DNA of 63,667 bases, filler included, from Octopus bimaculoides (taxonomy: Eukaryota): assembly GCF_001194135.2 (NCBI RefSeq). It is 7 parts of 6 records of this genome, joined end to end, with 100 filler letters (N's around TTAATTAATTAA, not from the genome) between each part and the next. Parts side by side here need not be neighbours in the genome. Positions count along the whole stretch, not along the records: positions 62,043 to 63,667 come from NW_026323589.1; 6 more parts are not named here. The stretch is one strand, 5' to 3'. The first letter of the stretch is position 1. Each line of letters begins with the position of its first letter. A program made the position numbers and the translations under genes. Positions 63,631 to 63,667 of the stretch are shown here, in pieces. The notes beneath the pieces were generated by a model that saw nothing but the letters and a program-made list of their open reading frames with translations, was not told the DNA's origin and did not search any database.

Positions 63631-63667
<37 letters not shown>

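Overview
AT-rich, microsatellite-dense eukaryotic scaffold with many N gaps. The repeat families look cephalopod (probably Octopus), which is an inference from repeat recognition. One clear protein-coding gene lies on the minus strand: seven GT-AG, phase-compatible exons (34357 to 25355) encoding EGF-EGF-EGF-VWD-C8-TIL, the extracellular architecture of zonadhesin/FCGBP/gel-forming mucin proteins. A candidate signal-peptide exon starts at 39327; the next downstream exon was not identified. The rest is degenerate mobile DNA: Penelope-like RT/GIY-YIG fragments, Tc1, mariner and DD37D-type transposons, MITEs, RLE-type LINE ends and several tRNA-derived SINE families. The best unexplained signal is a pair of ~195-bp direct repeats (40399-40594, 41830-42026). 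Each carries a minimal type I hammerhead ribozyme fold with a palindromic ACGCGU stem III, and the two show a compensatory base-pair change in stem I. Further degenerate hammerhead-like motifs occur elsewhere in the window. Most ORFs in the supplied track are microsatellite or gap artefacts.
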